Shown: positions 54,204 through 61,372 of the stretch, piece after piece | How the letters are laid out: every line of letters begins with the position of its first letter | How positions within the stretch are numbered: position 1 is the stretch's first letter | Virus record (IMG/VR): IMGVR_UViG_3300045988_169460 | Reading direction: 5' to 3' (one strand) | From: a virus | DNA: 64,000 nt | Notes under the pieces: model-generated | What the model was told of the DNA's origin: nothing | Seen by the model: the letters and a program-made list of their open reading frames with translations, nothing else | The model's database searches: none | Program-made: the position numbers and the translations under genes

Positions 54204-54357
54204 TGTATTCAAGAAACCTCCCTTTAAAGGCGAATTTGAAAAGCGATTTCAAATTTTGTTGTAAAAACAACAGAATGGTAATTAAAGGTACACACGTATG
54301 GAGGTAAAAGGGCATAAAGCTAGGTGTAGCAAGGGTTGAAGGGTGTGAGAATAAAAA

Positions 54358-54846
54358 ATGTGGATACAGTATAATCTTGTAGATGTAAGAAATTTAGACA
54401 CTATTGAAAAAGAGTATTACGATGTTGAGACTGATGTTAAAATGCACAAACTTATAATGAATCAATGGCAAGAATTAATAAAACATAATGAATATTTAGG
54501 AGTAACTCCAAAAGAGATATCTGTACTTATAAGGTGGGCAATTTCATATTCTTTAGGTAGAAGAATATATATAAAAACAGGATTCAACTATACAAGAGAA
54601 ATAGGCTATACAGGTGTTCCACAGATATATGAGTATCTTTTAAATGAAACACAGCCATCAATAAGAGGGACTACTAAATGGGTAGATTTTATTATATGTC
54701 TTATTAGAGTAGTAGAGAAACTGACAGGTAGAAGGAATTTAGGTAGCTTGCTTCCTTGCAGGTCAGCAACTTATAGAGAACAAATAGAGTGGTTAATAAA
54801 ATTTTATCTTAGATTTTATAATAGCAGAAGCGATGAATGGGAATAA
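54358..54846 (+). CDS. protein with EWE tail
   Basis: ends RSDEWE with AATGGGAATAA. Confidence 0.55.
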   Translation: MWIQYNLVDVRNLDTIEKEYYDVETDVKMHKLIMNQWQELIKHNEYLGVTPKEISVLIRWAISYSLGRRIYIKTGFNYTREIGYTGVPQIYEYLLNETQPSIRGTTKWVDFIICLIRVVEKLTGRRNLGSLLPCRSATYREQIEWLIKFYLRFYNSRSDEWE

Positions 54847-54877
54847 CCTTTTAAGCGAATAACTTAAAAGGTTATTT
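54845..54877 (+). terminator. hairpin terminator overlapping the stop codon
   Basis: 11-bp stem AACCTTTTAAG / CTTAAAAGGTT, 7-nt loop; weak T tail. Confidence 0.5.
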
Positions 54878-54990
54878 GCATTTATGGACTTAAATGCAGG
54901 AAGATGCTTAAAGGGAAAATAAAAATTGCAGTCATATTAAAAATTGCAAAATGCAACTTAATACTTAAAAGGAGAAAAATGTGGGGAGAA

Positions 54991-55211
54991 ATAGGTACAC
55001 AGTCCCTTTAAAAGAGGTGCAAATGCTGTCTTAAATAGTAACAGTTATTAATAACAGTACAATATATAGTAAAAAATTATTATTTATTAGGACATTGTAC
55101 AAAATATAGGTACTCACTAATTAAGAAATTGTACCAATATAACAAACAAGTGTTTGTAGATAGGTACACATAGTGTAGTGAACATTAGTTTGTATTTAGA
55201 TATAGGTACGC
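54991..55211 (+). repeat. four direct copies of ATAGGTACNC in a 550-nt ORF-free region
   Basis: 54991-55000, 55106-55115, 55160-55169, 55202-55211; related AAAGGTACAC at 54285-54294; palindrome ACAAACaagtGTTTGT at 55142-55157. Confidence 0.6.
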
Positions 55212-55383
55212 ATATATGTTTGCAGTAATTATAGTGTCTACTCCACACGCACACAAAAAGGCAAATTGATTACTTTTTCTAGAGGTGGAGATAAAGAATT
55301 TTAGCAATTTTGCCTTATTTTAGCAAAAAACAGCCTATTTTGTCTACTGGTAGGAGACACTTATATAAAAGCATAAAAAAATA

Positions 55384-55457
55384 GCCCAAAAGGGCTAAAA
55401 TTTGGGCATAAAAATAGGGGTAAGAGTGGGTTTATCCTCTACCCCTATAGAAAGTAT
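55384..55457 (-). terminator. two tandem minus-strand terminator hairpins
   Basis: TAGGGGTA..TACCCCTA stem (55425-55457) and TAGCCC/GGGCTA stem (55392-55407), each followed on the minus strand by T-runs. Confidence 0.6.
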
Positions 55458-55480
55458 ATTAATTTATCCGCCGCTTTGCT

Positions 55481-55612
55481 TTAGCAACCATAATGGTAAG
55501 CATATATAAGGGCTGTGGCTATGGATATAGCTACCATTTCCCCCGCCATTTTTTCCCACAGCCATTTAATGCCGAAGAGTGTTACATAGAAAGTTCCTAA
55601 TAAATATCTCAT
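55481..55612 (-). CDS. 43-aa hydrophobic peptide (below ORF-track cutoff)
   Basis: ATG 7 nt after GGAGAAA; MRYLLGTFYVTLFGIKWLWEKMAGEMVAISIATALIYAYHYGC. Confidence 0.45.
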   Translation of the reverse strand: MRYLLGTFYVTLFGIKWLWEKMAGEMVAISIATALIYAYHYGC

Positions 55613-55643
55613 TGTTATTTCTCCTTATTAGTAAAAATTATTA

Positions 55644-55838
55644 TTAAGCTCTTAGTATCTTATGTGGGTCATACGGGTTTAGGATATATTCGCTTTTTCT
55701 ATCAGCATAAACCTGACTAACTACTAATTCGCCTAATCCGTCTACTGTAGTGATGTAGTCAGTCCTAATCTTTCCCCGCTTGCTTACCTTTACGACTTTG
55801 AAATCGCCTAAAGATTGCCCCAATTTAAACCTTTGCAC
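55644..55838 (-). CDS. small protein (64 aa from GTG start)
   Basis: GTG 5 nt after AGGGAGGAG; the track ATG at 55859 abuts the -10 box. Confidence 0.5.
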   Translation of the reverse strand: MQRFKLGQSLGDFKVVKVSKRGKIRTDYITTVDGLGELVVSQVYADRKSEYILNPYDPHKILRA

Positions 55839-55859
55839 TTTATCTCCTCCCTTATACAT

Positions 55860-55888
55860 AGTGTATTAGAAGTAGATAGCAATGTCAA
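55860..55888 (-). promoter_or_regulatory. minus-strand promoter of divergent pair
   Basis: TTGACA, 17-nt spacer, TACACT on the minus strand. Confidence 0.5.
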
Positions 55889-55911
55889 GCTTTTTTTTTA
55901 AAAAATAATCA

Positions 55912-55940
55912 TTGACATTGATTACCATTTTTGGTAAACT
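55912..55940 (+). promoter_or_regulatory. plus-strand promoter of divergent pair
   Basis: TTGACA, 17-nt spacer, TGgTAAACT; its -35 lies in a 9-nt inverted repeat with the minus-strand -35. Confidence 0.55.
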
Positions 55941-55958
55941 AATAGTGGAGGTGGTTTT

Positions 55959-56315
55959 ATGAATTTTAACAAATTTAAAAAAATAATGAGCTACTGTAAG
56001 CAGTATGGCGGGGCTACTCTTGACGGATTTGGCAGAGTAGTTAAATTTGATAGTGGCTATCAAGTGGCGTATACTGACCATGCAGTTAAGGGCAGAAAAG
56101 CGGTAAGAGGTGTGCTATCTAATATTGTTGATACTGCTTTAACTTCTGCCCACTATGCGGGACTGTGGGTTGAAAACGGCTATACTTATATTGATAATAG
56201 TATACACGTTGATAGCTTAGACTTAGCTTTATCCTTAGCACGTAAATATAACCAATTATTTATTTGGGATTGGGCAAACAGTAAATGTATCTATGTGGAG
56301 GCGAAAAATGAATAA
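55959..56315 (+). CDS. hypothetical protein
   Basis: ATG after GGAGGTGG. Confidence 0.55.
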   Translation: MNFNKFKKIMSYCKQYGGATLDGFGRVVKFDSGYQVAYTDHAVKGRKAVRGVLSNIVDTALTSAHYAGLWVENGYTYIDNSIHVDSLDLALSLARKYNQLFIWDWANSKCIYVEAKNE

Positions 56316-56511
56316 AGAATTATTATTAAATAACATCCGTATCATTAAGAGAGGATACTTATATGATATATACGCTTATATGTCATATATGACTGATTTC
56401 GAGTTGCAGTATAAAGGATTAGATTTTTTTAAGCTAATAGATGTTATTAGGAATGATTACGAATTAGAGGATACTATTATTAAAGAAGTTATAGAGTTTA
56501 CTAAATACTAG
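56308..56511 (+). CDS. hypothetical protein
   Basis: ATG 7 nt after GGAGG. Confidence 0.5.
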   Translation: MNKELLLNNIRIIKRGYLYDIYAYMSYMTDFELQYKGLDFFKLIDVIRNDYELEDTIIKEVIEFTKY

Positions 56512-56538
56512 CGGGAAATATTCCCGCTTTTCTTTTTT
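56510..56538 (+). terminator. rho-independent terminator
   Basis: GCGGGAA / TTCCCGC stem, 3-nt loop, T-rich tail. Confidence 0.75.
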
Positions 56539-56549
56539 ACCATTTTATG

Positions 56550-56563
56550 TGAACATATGTTCG
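56550..56563. promoter_or_regulatory. Cheo-type LexA (SOS) box
   Basis: TGAACATATGTTCG; GAAC-N4-GTTC perfect palindrome, 13 of 14 to CGAACATATGTTCG. Confidence 0.55.
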
Positions 56564-56669
56564 TAAAACTCAATCACAAATATTTTGATTTGTCAAGTTT
56601 CTTAATTGTAGTAAAATAAAGAATATTTAATTTGTTAGTAGTATTCTTATAGGATAAAATGCCCCTTAG

Positions 56670-56698
56670 ACGCTCATATTTGCCTTGTGAGCGTTTTT
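56670..56698 (+). terminator. hairpin plus T5 inside the ORF-free region
   Basis: ACGCTCA / TGAGCGT 7-bp stem, 11-nt loop, TTTTT. Confidence 0.45.
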
Positions 56699-56962
56699 AT
56701 ATCAATATAGGATTAACTATAAGCACATATAAAATAAAACTTAATAGCGGTCATTTTCGTTCTCCACAATACACATATACTATATTTATAGTATTGACAA
56801 ATTTAATATACTATGCATATTTACAATATTGAAATAAAATATTTATTTTTGTATCTTGACAAAACTATTATTTTATGCTTGTCACTTTTTACCGCACTTT
56901 TTTAACATCCCCTATATAATATAATGGAAGGAAAAAAATTGATAAATTTTTTAAAAAAAGTG

Positions 56963-56991
56963 TTGACAATGATATTAGGATTTGTTAAGAT
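56963..56991 (+). promoter_or_regulatory. sigma-A-type promoter
   Basis: TTGACA, 17-nt spacer, TGtTAAGAT. Confidence 0.55.
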
Positions 56992-57025
56992 ATAAGCATA
57001 GAGAGATACACAAGGGGGCAAGAAA

Positions 57026-58480
57026 ATGCAAGAATTTGAATTTGTCGATAATGGAGTATTTGAAAAAGACGGTGTAGAATATAGGAATAAAGGGCAGGTT
57101 GAAATTGAAGATAAACTGTTCTACCTTTTCGTCACTTCTGATGTGCCGAATTTCGCCCCTCTTTATTTAAAAGACACCAAAAGATTTGTCGTTCTTGTTG
57201 TAACTGGCGATAAAGCTAGAGAGGCTACAGAAGAAGAACGTGTAATACTACAATATAAATGCAGAAGATGCATAAATTGTGGAGAAGTAATCACTAAAGA
57301 AGATTGGATTTGGATAGACGGAAATATCTTATGCGCTGATTGTTTTGAAAATTTATTGGGTGAAGAAATTGAAATATGTGATATTTGTGGATGCGCCCAT
57401 TTTTCTGATAATGATAGAATGATATACATTCAAGAAGAAGAGCAATTAATTTGTGATGAATGCGCTGAACGTCATTACTTTCAATGTAGTAATTGCGGAA
57501 CATGGACTAGAAATCCGTTACAAATGACTGATGGAGATTACATATGTAACGAATGCTTCGAAACAGAGGACTATTATATATGTGACGATTGCGGAAATGT
57601 TATAGACCCTGATACTGACGGTGTAATAATACGTAGTGACAGTGTTTATTGTGAGGATTGTGCTTCTGAACACGCAGACCCTAATGAAGAATATATACAC
57701 GAATATGGCTATTCCCCACGCATACTGTTTAATGAAGGAGAGGAATTGAATAGCTATCCGAAAAAAGGGGAAAGATATTTCGGCTTGGAAATTGAAACAG
57801 AATGTACTGGAGATATTACAGAAGTGATAGAAGATGAAGATTACTATTGGGCAACGGATGATAGTAGTATTCAATGTTTAAATGAGGGCTGTGCCGCTGA
57901 AATAGTAACGCAACCGACAACATTTAAAGCATGGCAGAATTACAGTGATACATTTTTTGATGCTTTAGAAAACAACTGCGTTACTAATAGTTCTTGCGGA
58001 TTACATATTCACGTCAATAGGGATAGTGTATCAGATGAAACGATTGAAAAAGCAATATTATTTATTAGTAAACATTATGAAAAAGTAAGAATATTTGCAG
58101 ATAGGTTGATGTGCAATATATGCAGTTATGCAGGGAATAATTTAGAGCGTTATAAAGACTACTATCCTAATAGCAAATCTATTAAGGAAGAAATAAATAT
58201 TGTAAAAAAGGGGAAAGATAATGTACGGTATAAATATTTAGCTATAAATATCTTGCATAAAAATACATATGAATTTCGCATATTTAATAGCACTGTAAAT
58301 AAGGATAGAATACTGGCATATATAGAATTTGTGGATGCATTGCTTGAGTACTGTTCAGAGAGTAACTTTTTACAAATTTATAAGTCTAATTTTTGGGACT
58401 TAGCGGAATACGCAAAGGGGAAAAAGAAATATAAACATTTAATGCATAGATTTTATGATATAATAAGTGAAGTATACTAG
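57026..58480 (+). CDS. amidoligase (GS-like carboxylate-amine ligase family) with four N-terminal zinc-ribbon repeats
   Basis: repeated CxxC...CxxC units; YFGLEIETE, DDSSIQ...AEIVTQP, GLHIHV, YEFRIFNSTV core; paralog of 45518. Confidence 0.65.
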   Translation: MQEFEFVDNGVFEKDGVEYRNKGQVEIEDKLFYLFVTSDVPNFAPLYLKDTKRFVVLVVTGDKAREATEEERVILQYKCRRCINCGEVITKEDWIWIDGNILCADCFENLLGEEIEICDICGCAHFSDNDRMIYIQEEEQLICDECAERHYFQCSNCGTWTRNPLQMTDGDYICNECFETEDYYICDDCGNVIDPDTDGVIIRSDSVYCEDCASEHADPNEEYIHEYGYSPRILFNEGEELNSYPKKGERYFGLEIETECTGDITEVIEDEDYYWATDDSSIQCLNEGCAAEIVTQPTTFKAWQNYSDTFFDALENNCVTNSSCGLHIHVNRDSVSDETIEKAILFISKHYEKVRIFADRLMCNICSYAGNNLERYKDYYPNSKSIKEEINIVKKGKDNVRYKYLAINILHKNTYEFRIFNSTVNKDRILAYIEFVDALLEYCSESNFLQIYKSNFWDLAEYAKGKKKYKHLMHRFYDIISEVY

Positions 58481-58493
58481 GAGGCTAAAAAAA

Positions 58494-58664
58494 ATGGAAA
58501 TTTCAGAATTAAAATTTAGAAAATTTAATGGTGAGCGCATCCGCTACACTACAGCAGAACGGCTGATGTCATATGAAAATGTGCTAGTAGTAGAGGAACA
58601 CTACGGAGCGTATACGCTTATAAATATTAATAACGGCGATATTATCACAGTTTACACAAATTAA
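58494..58664 (+). CDS. small hypothetical protein
   Basis: ATG downstream of GGAGG. Confidence 0.45.
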   Translation: MEISELKFRKFNGERIRYTTAERLMSYENVLVVEEHYGAYTLININNGDIITVYTN

Positions 58665-58677
58665 AGGAGGTTATATA

Positions 58678-59145
58678 ATGAGTACATCAGCTTACATTAT
58701 TACTAAACACAATGGCTACTATTGGGGTGCTATGTGTAATTGGGATGGATACCCCGACGGTTTGGGAAGTGATTTGCTTAATATGACTATGGCGGATAAG
58801 AATAATGATACTATTGAGAAACAGATATTTGATACTATTAAGGATGGGGATATGTCATATTTAGGCGAGCCCTATATGGAGGAAGACAGCGAAGCATATA
58901 AATTTAAGTCATTAAAAACTATGCTACGTAATGTAGTAGGATGTTTTGTCGATTATATCTATCTGTATAACTGTGGGCAATGGTATGTAGCACGTGCACA
59001 GTATGACGTTGATGTTATTGACTTCTATAGATTATCTTTATTCTTTAAGAATAATAATCCGCAAGAGTTTAAGGGTGAAGATTATCAAGAACATATCTTT
59101 AGGGATAAAACGCCTGATAGCATTGTTACAATAAGGAGTAAATAA
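58678..59145 (+). CDS. hypothetical protein
   Basis: ATG after AAGGAGG. Confidence 0.55.
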   Translation: MSTSAYIITKHNGYYWGAMCNWDGYPDGLGSDLLNMTMADKNNDTIEKQIFDTIKDGDMSYLGEPYMEEDSEAYKFKSLKTMLRNVVGCFVDYIYLYNCGQWYVARAQYDVDVIDFYRLSLFFKNNNPQEFKGEDYQEHIFRDKTPDSIVTIRSK

Positions 59146-59147
59146 GA

Positions 59148-59189
59148 ATGAATACTATTATAGTGTGGGGGGGGGTAGCCTATGAGTGA
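59148..59189 (+). CDS. 13-codon leader ORF containing a G9 tract
   Basis: ATG 9 nt after AGGAG; MNTIIVWGGVAYE; its TGA overlaps the GTG start of the next ORF. Confidence 0.3.
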   Translation: MNTIIVWGGVAYE

Positions 59190-59392
59190 TAGATAAATAT
59201 TATCAATTAGACAACATGGCTATTTATGTAAAATCATTAGTAGTATATAATAGTATTAAGTATTATATATTAGATATATTTATTGATAATATTTATACAA
59301 AACAATATAATATAAAAACTAATGATATATTATTGACAGAAGAACATATTGTTATTAATGAAGTAAAGTTTATTAGAAACTATTATCAATAA
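59186..59392 (+). CDS. hypothetical protein (very AT-rich)
   Basis: GTG start overlapping the leader stop (GTGA). Confidence 0.4.
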   Translation: MIDKYYQLDNMAIYVKSLVVYNSIKYYILDIFIDNIYTKQYNIKTNDILLTEEHIVINEVKFIRNYYQ

Positions 59393-59441
59393 GAAACAGT
59401 AACCACATGAAAATACATCCGTTTTCATAATGGTTACTGTT
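59393..59441. terminator. long bidirectional hairpin at the convergence point of the two strand blocks
   Basis: 12-bp stem AAACAGTAACCA / TGGTTACTGTTT plus inner 7-bp stem ATGAAAA / TTTTCAT. Confidence 0.65.
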
Positions 59442-59555
59442 TTTGTAACCGTGTGCCTAGTTACAATTTTTTTTTTACAAATTTTTTATCTCACAAAAAT
59501 CTGGGGTAACTTCAAGAATAATAATAAAAGCAATAATACAATAGTGAATTTTTTT

Positions 59556-59583
59556 CAAAAAAATAAGCCTTTTTCAAGGCTTA
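59556..59583 (-). terminator. minus-strand rho-independent terminator
   Basis: TAAGCCT / AAGGCTTA stem followed on the minus strand by T7-8. Confidence 0.6.
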
Positions 59584-59625
59584 AAAGAATCGGTCTTTTG
59601 TATCTGGATATCTATTACCGCCTGT

Positions 59626-59754
59626 TTAGACAGCACAATATTTTTTGTCAGCATGAAAGACATTTACTATTTCCCATCCATAGGGAACGTATCTTTTTTC
59701 AATCTCTGCTATTAACATATCTAAGGATGGTTTAATTACTTGGGTATATTTCAT
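59626..59754 (-). CDS. small DUF4177-like protein (42 aa)
   Basis: ATG 6 nt after AAGGAGG; ...YVPYGWEIVNVFHADKKYCAV. Confidence 0.5.
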   Translation of the reverse strand: MKYTQVIKPSLDMLIAEIEKRYVPYGWEIVNVFHADKKYCAV

Positions 59755-59770
59755 TTGTTTACCTCCTTTT

Positions 59771-59914
59771 TCAAATATCCATTGGGTTACAGTCTTCACA
59801 ATTTGGCGTAACTTCACCATGTAACCAACGACAATATTTACAGCAGTATTTACTGTCCCAGTAATCACAGTCATTAAAAAAGCAATCATTACAAGGGCAT
59901 TGTTCTTCTTCCAC
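59771..59914 (-). CDS. small Cys-rich protein (47 aa, not in ORF track)
   Basis: GTG 6 nt after AGGTGA; VEEEQCPCNDCFFNDCDYWDSKYCCKYCRWLHGEVTPNCEDCNPMDI. Confidence 0.5.
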   Translation of the reverse strand: MEEEQCPCNDCFFNDCDYWDSKYCCKYCRWLHGEVTPNCEDCNPMDI

Positions 59915-59920
59915 TTCTAT

Positions 59921-60100
59921 TCACCTACTATTTTTTATCTTTATATCATAAGTATTACTAACTATACCCATATTACAGTCATCTTCCAAGTAGGCTTCTT
60001 CTATAATATCTCGAATTTCGTCTTCTGTAGCACCATCTTCTACGTCTATTTTTACTTTATATTCATTTGTCTCAATAATTGTCGCTACTACTGTTTTCAT
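59921..60100 (-). CDS. small acidic DpnD/PcfM-like protein (59 aa, not in ORF track)
   Basis: MKTVVATIIETNEYKVKIDVEDGATEDEIRDIIEE...; similar to 60524-60721. Confidence 0.5.
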   Translation of the reverse strand: MKTVVATIIETNEYKVKIDVEDGATEDEIRDIIEEAYLEDDCNMGIVSNTYDIKIKNSR

Positions 60101-60107
60101 AATTTAT

Positions 60108-60527
60108 TCACTGCTCCTTTATTAGCTCAGAATTATCATAAATATTTCCGACAACTTCTACATCTTCTGGCGATTCTATGACGTTAAGAATGTTATCAGA
60201 CACGCCGTTAGAAGTGCATTTAAGGACATATTGATTACCGTTCCACTCTACGGCGAAAAGAAAAGCTTTAGAGTTGTAGATACTGACTATATCGCCCTCA
60301 AATATTTTTTTACCATTTTTATCGACAAAGCCTGTATATTGTCCTACTGTTTTAGGGTCAACTCTGTGTGCTACAGTTTGAATGATACTCTCATCTTTTT
60401 CAAAACAGAATATATCTGTATTATTAGGCACTATTCTTGCTCTGCCATCCTCGTATTTTAATAAATGACCAGTTATCCACTCTCCGTTATCAAGCCTTTT
60501 ACCTATAAATAATATTTCACGCATCAT
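60108..60527 (-). CDS. YopX-family protein
   Basis: REILFIGKRLDNGEWITG...QYTGFVDKNGKKIFEGDIV...VVGNIYDN pattern. Confidence 0.8.
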   Translation of the reverse strand: MMREILFIGKRLDNGEWITGHLLKYEDGRARIVPNNTDIFCFEKDESIIQTVAHRVDPKTVGQYTGFVDKNGKKIFEGDIVSIYNSKAFLFAVEWNGNQYVLKCTSNGVSDNILNVIESPEDVEVVGNIYDNSELIKEQ

Positions 60528-60721
60528 TCGTCACCGTCCGTTTTAGAAATAATTTTAAATACATCTTTTACATGAGAGTTAGCTGAACAAGCAAAGTAAT
60601 CGTCATCAGTATAATTATCAACGTAATTTTTAGCTTTTTCTTCTGCTTCCGCTCTGTTTTCTGCTTCTACTTCAAAGTCAAAAGCATATGTTTCAATTAA
60701 CTGCACTTTATATTTTTTCAT
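60524..60721 (-). CDS. small acidic DpnD/PcfM-like protein
   Basis: MKKYKVQLIETYAFDFEVEAENRAEAEEKA. Confidence 0.5.
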   Translation of the reverse strand: MKKYKVQLIETYAFDFEVEAENRAEAEEKAKNYVDNYTDDDYFACSANSHVKDVFKIISKTDGDE

Positions 60722-60933
60722 TTTTTTATACGCTCTCTTATCTCAATTAATGGGCAGTCTGCATGTCTGCCACTTTTTAAAACCTTAAAATTTTCTCGTA
60801 CCCCTTCGATATCTACACAAAGAATATTAGGCACTAAGACTTTGCCATCAACTTGACAATACTGCCCACTTTCATCTATAAAAGGACATAGCATACAATT
60901 AACAGGCATTTCCATTCCTTTAATTATTATCAT
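60718..60933 (-). CDS. small Cys-containing protein
   Basis: ATG 6 nt after AAGGAG preferred over the track start; NCMLCPF...DCPL. Confidence 0.5.
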   Translation of the reverse strand: MIIIKGMEMPVNCMLCPFIDESGQYCQVDGKVLVPNILCVDIEGVRENFKVLKSGRHADCPLIEIRERIKK

Positions 60934-60958
60934 GTTTACTCCTTTTTTATTAGTTTCC

Positions 60959-61372
60959 TTACATTTCCCGCAATTTTTTATAATCATCTATCAAATGCTT
61001 TTCTGCTTCATTTCTAGTTCTATAACATTTTCCTGCTTTGCGTAAAAAGCAATGTAACGTATTGGCATCATCAAAAAATAATACTTTTTCAATCTCTCCT
61101 AGAGCAGTTACGTAATAATAAGTGTCACCGTTTTGAGGATAAAAAGGTATTTTCTTTACAAAAAAGTTACTAACCAACAACTTCAATAAAGTATAAGAAT
61201 AACCGTTCTTTCCACCATCACATTTTAAAATATCTTCTGGTTTTTCAAAATCTTTATTGATATAAAATGTTTTATCATATAACTTCTCTTTGTTACTGTT
61301 TAAAATATAAAATTTTTCACCTGCTTGTAAATCATTATCTTCTAAAAATTGTTGTATATATTTATTTAACAA
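60959..61372 (-). CDS. hypothetical protein (paralog of 7631 and 51213)
   Basis: KYIQQFLEDNDLQAGEKFYIL N-terminus identical to ORF 51213; GKCYRTRNEAEKHL. Confidence 0.6.
   Translation of the reverse strand: MLNKYIQQFLEDNDLQAGEKFYILNSNKEKLYDKTFYINKDFEKPEDILKCDGGKNGYSYTLLKLLVSNFFVKKIPFYPQNGDTYYYVTALGEIEKVLFFDDANTLHCFLRKAGKCYRTRNEAEKHLIDDYKKLREM

Noticed and set aside
59430-60181. Plus-strand ORFs 59430-59735 and 59900-60181 and the 87-aa minus-strand ORF 59626-59889
   Set aside because: The plus-strand ORFs begin after the bidirectional terminator, lack RBS and are low complexity. The 87-aa ORF fuses an RBS-preceded 42-aa gene with upstream antisense-like sequence. Three RBS-preceded minus-strand genes explain the region better.
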